Shown here: one piece after another, positions 30,056 through 41,174 of the stretch
How the letters are laid out: each line of letters starts with the position of its first letter
How positions within the stretch are numbered: position 1 is the first letter of the stretch
Assembly (NCBI RefSeq): GCF_009914755.1
Contig: NC_060926.1
Length of the DNA stretch: 64,000 bases
Strand: one strand, 5' to 3'
Source of the DNA: the human T2T-CHM13v2.0 reference genome, Homo sapiens
Made by a program: the position numbers and the translations under genes
The notes under the pieces: generated by a model
What the model saw: only the letters and a program-made list of their open reading frames with translations
Database searches by the model: none
Told to the model about the DNA's origin: nothing

Positions 30056-30675
30056 ATTATGTCATATCTGCTTCTACCACTTCTTTAACCCCCACCTGCA
30101 ATTTCTCTTTCTTTCACACTCAAGAAAACACAGAAATAAAAACAGATTTAAGAGTCAAGGCTATTTGGTAATCTCTTTAAATCACATTTTTTTGCAGACT
30201 TGCTTTGAGCTCTTGGGGAGGCAACATTATTTTTTTGAAAAAAAAAGAAAAAGAAAACACTACAGGAGAAATGATTCAAGTCCCAGATTGGCAGTATCTA
30301 CTTGAGAAGAGAGCATTCATTTGAAAGTGCTGGTTATCCTATCAACAGACTAGCTTTTAGACACATTGTGTTTAATTCCATGTTAAATTCCCAGCTTTGT
30401 CTTGAGTACCATAGAAAACTCATAATCTATCTGTGAGATATAAAGAAAAACATACTGAAAGAGGAGTCAGGAAATTGGGCTCTGTAAGTATGTCTTAGAG
30501 AAGTTACAATTAATTTAAGCTTCATTAATGCATGAAATAAGGATGTTGCATTTGACTAACTAAAGTCTGAACATTTAATGATTCTATTTGAGATAGAAAA
30601 AAAGATTTTAAAGGTAGCATCATGTCAAGAGGAAAAAAATGGACAAAATGAATACCACTGTGAATGAAGATGGGT

Positions 30676-31952
30676 TGTATTAATAAAGAAAACGAGGTTT
30701 AATGGACTCACAGTTCCATTTGGCTGGGAGGCCTCTCAACCATGGCAGAAGGTCAAAGGCATATCTTACAAAGGCACATGGAAGCTGTCAAGGCTTGGGG
30801 CTTGCACCCTCTGAAGCCATGCCCCGAGCTGTAACTTCACCCCTTTTAGCCATGGCTGGAGCAGCTGAGACACAAGGCACCACATCCCTTGGCTGGACAT
30901 AGCAGGGGGGCCCTGGGCCAGGCCCAGGAAACCATTTTTTCCTTCTAGGCCTCTGGGACTGTAATGGGAGGGGCTGCTGTGAAGGTCTCCAACATGCCCT
31001 GGAGACATTTTCCCCACTGTCTTGATGATTAACATTCAGCTCTTTGTTACTTATGCAAATTTCTGTGTCAGGCTTGATTTCTCCCCAGGAAATGGGTTTT
31101 TCTCTTCTATTGGATTGTCAGGCTGTGCATTTTTCAAACTTTTATGCTCTGCTTCCTCTTGAATGTTTTGCTGCTTTGAAATTTCTTCCACTAGATAACC
31201 CAAATCATCTCTCTCAAGTTCAAAGTTCCACATATCTCTAGAGCGGGGAAAAAATCCACCAGCCTCTTTGTTAAAGCACAGCAAGAGTCACCTTTGCTCC
31301 AGTTGCCAACAGGTTCCTCATCTTCATCTCAGCCCACCTCAGCCTGAACTTGATTGTCCATATCACTATCAGTATTTTGGTCAAAGCCATTCAACAAGTC
31401 TCTAGGAGATTCCAAACTTTCCCACATTTTCCTGTCTTCTGAGCCCTCCACATCTCTAGGAAGTTCTGAACTTTCCCACATTTTTTTCTCTTCTTCTGAG
31501 CTCTCCAAACTGTTCCAACCTCTGCCTATTACCCAGTTCCAAAGTTGCTTCCACATTTTCAGGTATCTTTACATCATCACCCTACTCCTGGTACCAGTTT
31601 ACTGTATTAGTCTGTTCTCATGCTGTTGGCAAAGACATACCTGAGACTGGGTAATTTATAAAGAAAAAGAGGTTTAATGGACTCACAGTTCCACGTGGCT
31701 GGGGAGACCTCACAATCATGGCAGAAGATGAAAGGCACATCTTACATGGCAGCAGGTGAATAGGGAATGAGAACCAAGCTAAAAGGGTTTCCCCTTATGA
31801 AACCATCAGGTCTCATGAGACTTATTCACTATGGTGAGAAAAGTATGGGAAAAACCACCCCCATGATTCAATTATTTCCTACTGGGTCCCTCCCACAACA
31901 TGCGGGAATTATGGGAGCTACATTTGGTTGGGGACACAGCCAGACCATATCA
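30676..31952 (-). mobile_element. Internally deleted THE1 provirus: partial LTR (30676-30770), THE1-int (30771-31602), full LTR (31603-31952)
   Basis: THE1 LTR motifs at both ends; typical internal motifs GGCTTGGGGCTTGCACCCTCTGAAGCC and CCTGGTACCAGTTTAC|TGTATTAG. Confidence 0.88.
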
Positions 31953-32465
31953 TGCATCATGGAGGAAAGGAGTCAGCAAGAGTAAGTGAGGCAATCCTGG
32001 CTGACTGCCTCCATTTATTCACACTAGCTCTTGAGAGGGTAATTGATGTGAGTGGGTGGACAAAATTAGGGAGCTCATTGACTTTTTCCCCTAAAATGCA
32101 TTTGGAAATAATCTATGTAGTGCTCTGATTTTAAAGAGCATTTGAACTCAGTAGTTTTGGCCTGGTTTTTAAAGAAGCAAATGGGCACAGACTGGAAGAA
32201 AAGACTGGGGAAGGACTTCAAGGGGATAGCAGGGAATAGGAATATGTCTCGAAGGCTACACACCAAACCAGAAACTGTGAGGAGGAGAGGATAGGCCAGT
32301 GACCAGCCTAAGCTAGAGTATCTCCAGTCTTTATTAGAAATGATAGAGATGATATTGAGATGATGAAGACAAAACCCTGCCAGCTCACTTCAATGTTAAT
32401 GTCAGATTTTGAAAATCTAGATTAGAAAACTTATAGTTTATTGAGCAAGAGTGAAACAGTATGTA

Positions 32466-32469
<4 letters not shown>

Positions 32470-32498
<29 letters not shown>

Positions 32499-32780
32499 GA
32501 GACAGGGCATCACTCTGTCACTCAGGCTATATTATAATGGTGCAATATTGTCTCACTGCAACCTTTGCCTCCCAGGTTCAAGTGATTCTCGTGCCTCAGT
32601 CACATGAGTAGCTGTGATTACAGGTGTACCCCTCCATGCCTGGCTAATTTTTGTATTTTTAGCAGAGATGTGGTTTTGCCATGTTGCCCAGGCTGGTCTC
32701 GAACTCCTGACCTCAAGTGATCTGCCTGCCTCCGTCTACCAAAGTGCTGTGATTACAGGCATGAGCCACCACAGCTGGCC
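32470..32780 (-). mobile_element. Alu SINE
   Basis: Long poly-T followed by a full antisense Alu. Confidence 0.93.
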
Positions 32781-33029
32781 AGATTCTTAATTAAATTTTT
32801 ATTTTGAAATGAAATTCCTTATTCTAATTTTAGTATGCAGGAATAAGAGATGCAAATTTTACTTCTAAGGGCACTTATATTTGGAGTAAACTGAATCTGC
32901 AGTTCATATGACATACAGTTGTTTGTTTTTTAATTCTTAGGCACGAATTGGTTATTCATGTTGCCCTAAAAATTTTGATGTTTTTAAATATTTGCTAAAA
33001 TCTTACTACATGTTGACTTTTAGATTTCA

Positions 33030-33400
<371 letters not shown>

Positions 33401-33949
33401 TCAATCTCTGTTGATATAAAATGGAGATTTTGTTGTTGTAATGTTACCAACTGCACAAGTAAGCATAAATATTACAGAACGTGGAGATTAAGTAGGAAGT
33501 ATTAAAGGGAATCATGCTACCCAAGTCCTGGGTGTGCTACATGTGCTGAGGAGTCAGGACTTTGCTGAGGTTCACAGAGACAAGCCAAGAATTAATGAAA
33601 ACAAACCAAAGTGCCATACAGTGGTAAGATGTAAAAGGGAACACTTCCTTTCTGCTACTACAGCTTTACCTATCACAGAGGATCGAGTGTATGTTAGGCA
33701 ATTATAACTTGAATTCCTTAGAAAATCAGATCTTTACAGCTAAAAACATGCAGCTTGTTACAAATAACAATTAACAAAAACGACAAACACAACCAGTCAA
33801 TGTGACATCCTACTAGTGGCTATCACAGTTTAAACAATACATATGTAAAGAAATGCCAAGGAAGGAAATAAATTTTAGATTATACCAAGAGACAAAACCC
33901 AATAAAGAGGAATGTGTACCTTTTCATGATCACAGATTTTAACTCTGAA

Positions 33950-34021
33950 ACATATATATATATATAAATAAAATATATATATTTATACCTTATAAAGTAT
34001 TCATATATATATAAATACTTC

Positions 34022-34056
<35 letters not shown>
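33950..34056. repeat. AT-rich / (TA)n microsatellite at an Alu tail
   Basis: Seen directly. Confidence 0.85.
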
Positions 34057-34059
<3 letters not shown>

Positions 34060-34353
34060 GTTTATTTATTTAAATAGGGTCTCACTCTGTCACCCAGGCT
34101 GGAATGCAGTGGTGCAATCATGGCTCACTGCAGCCTGACCTCCCGGGCTCAAGTGATCCTTGCACCTCAGCCTCCCAAGCAGCTGGGACTACAGGCACCC
34201 ACCACCATGCCCAGCTAATTTTTGTGAATTTTTGATAGAGATGGGGTTTCATCATGTTGCCCAGGCTGGTCTTGAACTCTTGGCCTCAAGCAATCTGCCC
34301 ACCTTGGACTTCCAAAGTCCTGGGATTACAGGCACGAGCCACTGCACCTGGCC
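34057..34353 (-). mobile_element. AluJ SINE
   Basis: ATCATGGCTCACTGCAGCC...GGGCTCAAG diagnostics. Confidence 0.92.
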
Positions 34354-35652
34354 TTTGTGATATATTTAGTATATACACTTGCTAGTGTGTTATTTCCTCT
34401 ATGAAAGTTTCTCTGCTTGAGGGCAAAGTCCAATCTTCTATTTGTTTTTTAATACATTCAGAGTTTTCCAGTTTGAGGATTTTTTCTAATAAAAATTCTT
34501 ATCTGAATGTTAGACTTTTTCCTGTAAAGATGAGACAATGATGTCTGATGTTGCAAGTATTTTAATTGTGTGATGGATGAACTGTTGTTAAGCTCACCAA
34601 GCATAGTAATAATTATAATTAATAAATTTTAGGAAGTGATAAATTTAAATATGAAAGAATTAAAATCCCTTCTGTATTTAGAACTTCCATGATTTTTCTC
34701 ATGGAGTTTCTGCATTAATTCTATGCTGCTCCTCAGGGTAGATATCTTGCTCATATTCAGAGAAAACTTCTTTTTCTAAATGCTTTTTTATGAAGGAAAC
34801 ATAACGTGATACAATAGTAAGAAATGAAGTACTTATTCAGGGCTTACTGATGGATGAGATTAATTTAGAGAAGAAATATAAATAGAAGCAGACTAATCAT
34901 GTGTATGTGAGACCGTTTCCACATGAGCTATTATGCAGAAGGTACCATTTTGGGTGAGGGTTTGTGTGAACTCCTCTGAGGGCAGAGTTTATTGTTTCAG
35001 CTGTTGGTTGCTGAGAGCTTGAGGGCCCTGCCCTCTGTTCTTTGTCTTACTAAGAGCATGCTGACCTGACTGATTACTTCATATCAAGCCCTCATTCTTG
35101 GAATGTTCTGTAGAATAATCATATTTGTAATCCCTGTAGCACAGTGCAGCACACCTTTATTTCCTGGTGTATGGTTTTGCTGGAACTCAAAAGACAGAGT
35201 TGTTATTTCAAGGACAACATATTTGCTGAGTTAGGTGGTGATGGCTTCCACAAGGATGCTATTATCTCTGAACAAGGACACATTTATTCCAACATTGGAG
35301 CTGCCTATCATGAAATGAGTCTAAAGATAGTTTTCACTGATGAGCATTTGTAACCTTTGGTGTTTTTCACATAGCACTCTCTAAAAGCTCCAACAACTGT
35401 AGCTCCTAACATTAGGAGTTTATGAGTTCCAATTAACAGTCTTCTGTTACCCGTACATTTAAAAGCCTAACATTTTGATGCCTTTATTTTCCTTTCTGTG
35501 ATTTCTCCTAAAGATTAAAAAAATGATCTAACAAACACTTGTTGATTATGAGGACATGATGATATATAATAGTTCATTCTCACCCAGTACAAACATACAG
35601 ATTTTGTACCCTGCCCTTAATGAGTCTCTTATTTGCTGCTTTGTGTTTTTAG

Positions 35653-35949
35653 ATGACTAAGAATGGCACAGTAGAATCAGAAGAAGCCAGCACTCTTACA
35701 CTGGATGACATTTCTGATGATGACATTGACCTGGACAACACAGAGGTAGATGAGTACTTCTTCCTACAACCTTTGCCAACAAAAAAACGAAGAGCTCTGC
35801 TGCGTGCCTCTGGAGTGAAAAAGATTGACGTGGAAGAAAAGCACGAACTCCGAGCCATCCGCCTCTCACGAGAGGACTGTGGCTGTGACTGCCGAGTGTT
35901 CTGTGATCCAGACACGTGCACCTGCAGCCTGGCTGGCATTAAGTGCCAG
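35653..35949 (+). CDS. CSRNP3: CSRNP3 internal coding exon (297 nt): [12 protein letters not shown]...[14 protein letters not shown]...[28 protein letters not shown] (basic patch plus Cys-rich domain)
   Basis: TTTTTAG acceptor ending at 35652 and CAG|GTAAGG donor at 35949/35950. Conserved CSRNP motif [10 protein letters not shown]...[10 protein letters not shown]. Phase 0 at both ends. Confidence 0.96.
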
Positions 35950-36498
35950 GTAAGGGTTGGGAATTCAGGGCATCCAAAGACAAGACATTGTCTACCACCC
36001 CCTAAGGAGGCAGTCATGGTACCTATAATGAAGCTTCCCACATGTAAAAGAAAATTTTTTGGCAAGGCAAGACATGTAATTCAGGAAGAAAGACATAATT
36101 CAGGAAGAGAGAAAGACTAATTTAAGGCCATTCATGGGAATACATAAAATGCTTATACATATAAGATATAATCTGAAAGACAACCCAAGTAGCAGCTGAG
36201 TTAATTAAAATTATTTTATCTTGGATTCTTGTATTATATCACCTTATTTCAGCTTTTTACCAATGTTGAAGGAGATCATGACATCCCTAACACTGGAGTG
36301 TGTATTTTCTGATCCATCCATGGGATATAAAATGATGATTGATTAAAGGTGGTTGGATTAGTGGAAAAATTACTAGATTGAGACTGCAGAAAATGGAATT
36401 GTACTTCCATCTTTGCTGTTTGCCAACTATATGAAATTGGCAAGTCAGGCCCACTGGGTTACTTTCTTTATCTCTAAAATGAAGGAACCGAACTAGGT

Positions 36499-36731
36499 CA
36501 GGGGTTGGCACCCTATAAGTTCACAGGCCAAATCCGACCTTGCCACATGATTTTGTAAATAAAGTTTTATTGGATCACAGCCACATTTTTTTCTTTACAT
36601 ATTGCCTATGACTGCTTTCTTGCTCCTACAGCAGAATTGAGTATTGTGGTTGCCACAGAGCCCATATGGCCCACAAAGCATAAAATATTGACTCCTTTGA
36701 CCTCTGCAAATAAAAAGTTTACCAACCCCTG
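36499..36731 (+). mobile_element. MER58A-like hAT-Charlie MITE
   Basis: Terminal inverted repeats CAGGGGTTGGCA / ACCAACCCCTG; TTTGTAAATAAAGTTTTATTGG motif. Confidence 0.85.
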
Positions 36732-38040
36732 ATGACTGGCAATCAGATAATTTCCTGGTCCCCCTTCATTTATAATGTCATTGGTGCGCTATGATTAGTG
36801 TCACTATTTTATGCAGAAACTTGGCTTTTTCAATAAGGAAAGCAACTCAGGTAGTCAAAAGAAGAGGGCAGTGCCTATCTGCTGAACAGTTGCTTAAGAT
36901 GGGTTCACAGAAAGATTCATGAGTAAAAAAAAAAAAAAATACAGATACAAATTCTGGCTCTAATATCTGCTATACTTTTTACTGGGGCCAAGATGATTGT
37001 ATTAGAATAGTCTGCCTTCTCTTCTTTAGCATAGGAAATTCCATGGCTGGATAAGGTGACAAGCAGAGCAAGTTTTTTTCTCTTGCCTATACTCTGGTCT
37101 GCATACAGATTAATCTGTGGAATCTGAGACAATTGGTAAATCTCTCATGAATACCCTTGGATTGTCCAGAACCCCACCTCTCACCTGAGTGAAGAGGTCA
37201 GTCCAACACTTGTTGAACCCAAACACTCTATCTTCGGTATCCAATCACCAAAATAGTTTTGGAATATTGATGAAACGTACATGCCCTTCCTTCAAGAAGA
37301 TTGTATCTAATGGAATGGAGAGGGAAGGGGGGACTCAGGACCTAAACACATGAGTCCACCAGTCATAGTCATGAATGTGCATATCCATTGCAGCGCTCCA
37401 GTACAGTACACACACATGCACCCATGTACCAAGCACCCCAAACAATAAGAAGGTAAGCAAATGAGAGCAAATTGTGAGGTTGCATGATGCTAAGTTGTGT
37501 AAGTCCATTTTATAATAAGCAAAGGGAAAAGCACCTTTATAATAAGCAAAAGCAAAAGGAAAAGTTAACATGGGGTACATCATATATGTTAGATTAATAG
37601 CATGTGGAGAGGAGTACAGTAAGTTTGCTTGTTTAAAATCAGGCACAAGAGCTGGGGTGCAGCAGAAAGAAAAGGAACTTGGGGGAAAGACAGGAGCATT
37701 CAAAACATGGGAGCAAAATTAAAGAAGTGGAGGGAAGGGAAAGTAGGGAATACAGAAAAAAGGGTAGAAAGCCATGGAGTGGGTCAGTGAACTGAAAATA
37801 CACACTTATGCCCATAACCCATTTTTATTTTGAATATAGGTATAAAAAGCAGTTAACTCTTATGTTTTAAGCCCTCACTTTCCCCTTTTCATTTCTATTT
37901 GAAGTTTGGTTGTCATTTGCTCTGGCATATGTGGAATTAAGTGGATGGATTACTTAATTCAAAGAAGTTACTGAAAAGTTCTGGGCGTTTATTTGGTTTG
38001 TAATAGTTCCATGGTGCTAATCTGTGTTCTTCCTTCCAAG

Positions 38041-39093
38041 GTGGATCGTATGTCTTTCCCATGCGGCTGCACTAAAGAAGGATGTAGTAACACAGCAGGT
38101 AGAATTGAATTTAATCCTATCCGTGTTCGGACTCACTTTTTGCACACAATAATGAAACTTGAACTGGAGAAAAACCGAGAGCAGCAAATCCCCACGCTGA
38201 ATGGCTGCCACAGTGAGATAAGTGCTCACAGTAGTTCTATGGGCCCTGTCGCTCACTCCGTAGAATATTCAATCGCAGACAGTTTTGAGATTGAAACTGA
38301 GCCCCAGGCTGCAGTGCTGCACCTGCAGTCGGCTGAAGAATTAGATTGCCAAGGAGAGGAGGAGGAAGAAGAGGAGGATGGGAGCAGCTTTTGCAGCGGA
38401 GTCACAGATTCTAGCACGCAAAGCTTGGCACCTAGTGAGTCAGACGAGGAGGAGGAGGAAGAAGAAGAGGAAGAGGAGGAGGAGGATGACGATGATGACA
38501 AAGGAGATGGCTTCGTGGAAGGTTTGGGCACCCATGCCGAAGTTGTCCCTCTTCCTTCAGTTCTTTGTTATTCTGATGGCACCGCCGTTCACGAAAGCCA
38601 TGCAAAGAATGCTTCTTTTTATGCCAACTCTTCAACTCTGTATTACCAAATAGATAGCCACATTCCAGGAACTCCAAATCAGATCTCTGAGAACTATTCT
38701 GAAAGAGACACTGTCAAAAATGGTACCCTTTCGCTGGTGCCTTACACTATGACCCCGGAGCAATTCGTTGACTATGCCCGACAAGCAGAAGAGGCCTATG
38801 GTGCCTCCCACTACCCAGCTGCCAACCCCTCTGTAATCGTTTGCTGCTCCTCTTCCGAAAATGATAGCGGTGTGCCCTGCAATAGTTTATATCCTGAACA
38901 CAGGTCCAATCACCCTCAAGTGGAATTTCACTCATACTTGAAAGGCCCCTCCCAAGAAGGGTTTGTCTCTGCATTGAATGGTGACAGTCACATTTCAGAG
39001 CATCCTGCTGAAAATTCTTTGAGCCTTGCAGAAAAGAGCATATTGCATGAAGAGTGCATCAAATCACCCGTGGTTGAGACAGTCCCTGTTTAG
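38041..39093 (+). CDS. CSRNP3: CSRNP3 terminal coding exon (350 aa + TAG): [43 protein letters not shown], acidic poly-E/D region, ending ...PVVETVPV
   Basis: Branch-point-like CTAAT at 38017-38021, pyrimidine tract and CCAAG acceptor ending at 38040. Continues the Cys-rich domain (KCQ|[10 protein letters not shown]). Stop TAG at 39091-39093 is followed immediately by a second TAG. Confidence 0.96.
   Translation: MDRMSFPCGCTKEGCSNTAGRIEFNPIRVRTHFLHTIMKLELEKNREQQIPTLNGCHSEISAHSSSMGPVAHSVEYSIADSFEIETEPQAAVLHLQSAEELDCQGEEEEEEEDGSSFCSGVTDSSTQSLAPSESDEEEEEEEEEEEEEDDDDDKGDGFVEGLGTHAEVVPLPSVLCYSDGTAVHESHAKNASFYANSSTLYYQIDSHIPGTPNQISENYSERDTVKNGTLSLVPYTMTPEQFVDYARQAEEAYGASHYPAANPSVIVCCSSSENDSGVPCNSLYPEHRSNHPQVEFHSYLKGPSQEGFVSALNGDSHISEHPAENSLSLAEKSILHEECIKSPVVETVPV
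38356..38499 (+). repeat. Coding (GAR)n/(GAY)n repeats encoding E7 and E13-D6 acidic tracts
   Basis: GAGGAGGAGGAAGAAGAGGAG and a longer GAG/GAA then GAT/GAC run inside the last exon. Confidence 0.9.
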
Positions 39094-41060
39094 TAGCTTA
39101 AATTATTCTAGGACCAACTCTTCTCTTATTTAAGGCACTGTATTTAATTGGATTTCCTGGGCTCATCATTGTTTAAACTGAAGACCAAGAAAACTTGGAC
39201 GGTGGTTAATCTTCCAGACTGTATTTTGTTTTTTCCTTTCTAGCCACATGACTGTGGCATTGCACAAATACAGTCTCTGTAGGGATTTTAAAAGATTTCA
39301 GACTGTTTTGATAGAAAAAGCTAAATTTTAAAATGCATATCTCACAGTTGCCTACCTGTCAAACTGTGTGAAACCTGCCAATCTGTGTAGATCAGAGCTC
39401 CAAATTTTGGATTATCGGGCCTGTGCAAGATTGTTAACTAAGGCTGGGAAATAATAAGATTTAGAGTCCTAATTTTCAATATATCTGAAGATAATGATGA
39501 CTTTTTAATGTAAAAGTAATTATTGTAAGAAAAAGATTTAATTGTTCCATGTGTATTTTATTTATGGTAGTTTAGAAGACATGTTTTGATGAAAATGAAC
39601 AGCCGCATGTTCATTCAAGCTGAAGATGCATAGCTAGTTCCACAGAGCATGCCCACATGGATTGCATCTGGAATCCATTCACATTTTTATGATCATGACT
39701 GATCAGATTTGCAAATTCTTAAGGGTGAAATAGGCCTATTTTTGCTATTTTGGACAAATAAATGATTCTATATGTGCAGGTCCTTACACAGTTTTCTCTA
39801 AAGTTAAGAGTTAGGACAATCCTCTGGGGAGAGTCTAGTTCACTGCCCTCCCTCAGCTGACTCCAGAGATGGAGGTAGAAGGAATTGCCTTTCTTTTTTA
39901 AACAGCATCATCTTGATTCTTAGCTTGGACAGCACCTTTAAGCTCTACCCCCTACATCAAAATGCACTTTAGTGCCCCTTCACGGTACCTCGTGTGGGGT
40001 GGGGACTGAGAACTCTTTGAGATGAAAAAATTTAAAAAAAAATTAAAAAGATCTTTAACTATTATAAGGTTCATATAATTAATATAGAGGAATCATCCAA
40101 TGATACTTATGAAGGGAAAATGACCTATTTTCCTTCACCACTCTGAGGACCTAACTCAGTAAATGCAGAGGAGGCTGAGGAAACATGGAAGAGACACGAC
40201 CTCAGCAACCAGCCTTTTCTCCAGCGTGATCAATCCATCTCTACAAAATCAGTGTATAATGAGATTTCCACTTAGTGACTAGCTGATTGAAGGGGGGCCT
40301 CTACCCAAATACTCAACTAGGCCTTTCTTTTCTGAAGCATTTTGATTTGTCTTGCCTGGGACAACTAGCAGAACAGTCCAGAATGCATTGCATACTTTCT
40401 AATTACCTCACATTCTCTTATTAAAGAGAACAGATAGAAATAAAACATGCACTCCCCACCTTTAGATTACCTGCACTTGGTTCGTCGGAGGACTTCTAGG
40501 ATCCCGTTTCCCTGTAAATTAATTTAGGTAACTAAATAGTGTAATTCTGCCTTTTTTTTTCCAATGCAATATGACTATGCTAAACCTGTTTCATATTTTT
40601 GACCTTCTATTGTTATATCACTTCACATGTTTTATAACTATTTGAAATGCGGACATGACTTGCTATTCAGTGACTGCATCGCTACTTATTTTTTATGTCT
40701 TTTAGACTTGGGTGTTTAGAATTATGGATATAAATATATTGTAGATCTCAATTTCTAAAAAAAATATTTTATTTAATTGAACTTAAAAATGCTTGATCTA
40801 GAGAAAGTCCTCCAGTGGAAAAGTTTCTACTAAACTTTGTTTTGGGGAAAAAATGTTTACTTGGCAGCTCTTCCACTGTGCAGTTGGTTTCTGCCCCTTC
40901 TCTTCCCCCCTACATTGGGCCAAATTTATAACTCTTAATATTAACATTAAAAGAGCTTTGGGTTTGTCTTTATGTAGGTTGCAGTAATGAGAGCAGGGTT
41001 GTTCCTTTTGAATGATTGGCCCTTTGGGCTAATCAGAATGAGGATTTGTTGAAATCTCAA

Positions 41061-41107
<47 letters not shown>

Positions 41108-41129
41108 TACACATATATATACACATATA

Positions 41130-41174
<45 letters not shown>
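41061..41174. repeat. Compound (TA)n-(CA)n-(TG)n-(TA)n microsatellite in the 3' UTR
   Basis: 114 nt of uninterrupted purine/pyrimidine alternation, seen directly. Confidence 0.95.

Noticed and set aside
31399-31510. ~55-bp tandem duplication within THE1-int
   Set aside because: Diverged copies inside a transposon, and as I recall part of the THE1 internal consensus; nothing locus-specific.
37993-38040. In-frame N-terminal extension of the last-exon ORF with an ATG at 38011
   Set aside because: It overlaps the branch point and polypyrimidine tract; family homology resumes only at VDRM (38041).
35649-38974. Antisense ORFs overlapping the coding exons (138, 79, 92, 81, 75 aa)
   Set aside because: Shadow frames of real coding sequence and of the GAR repeats.
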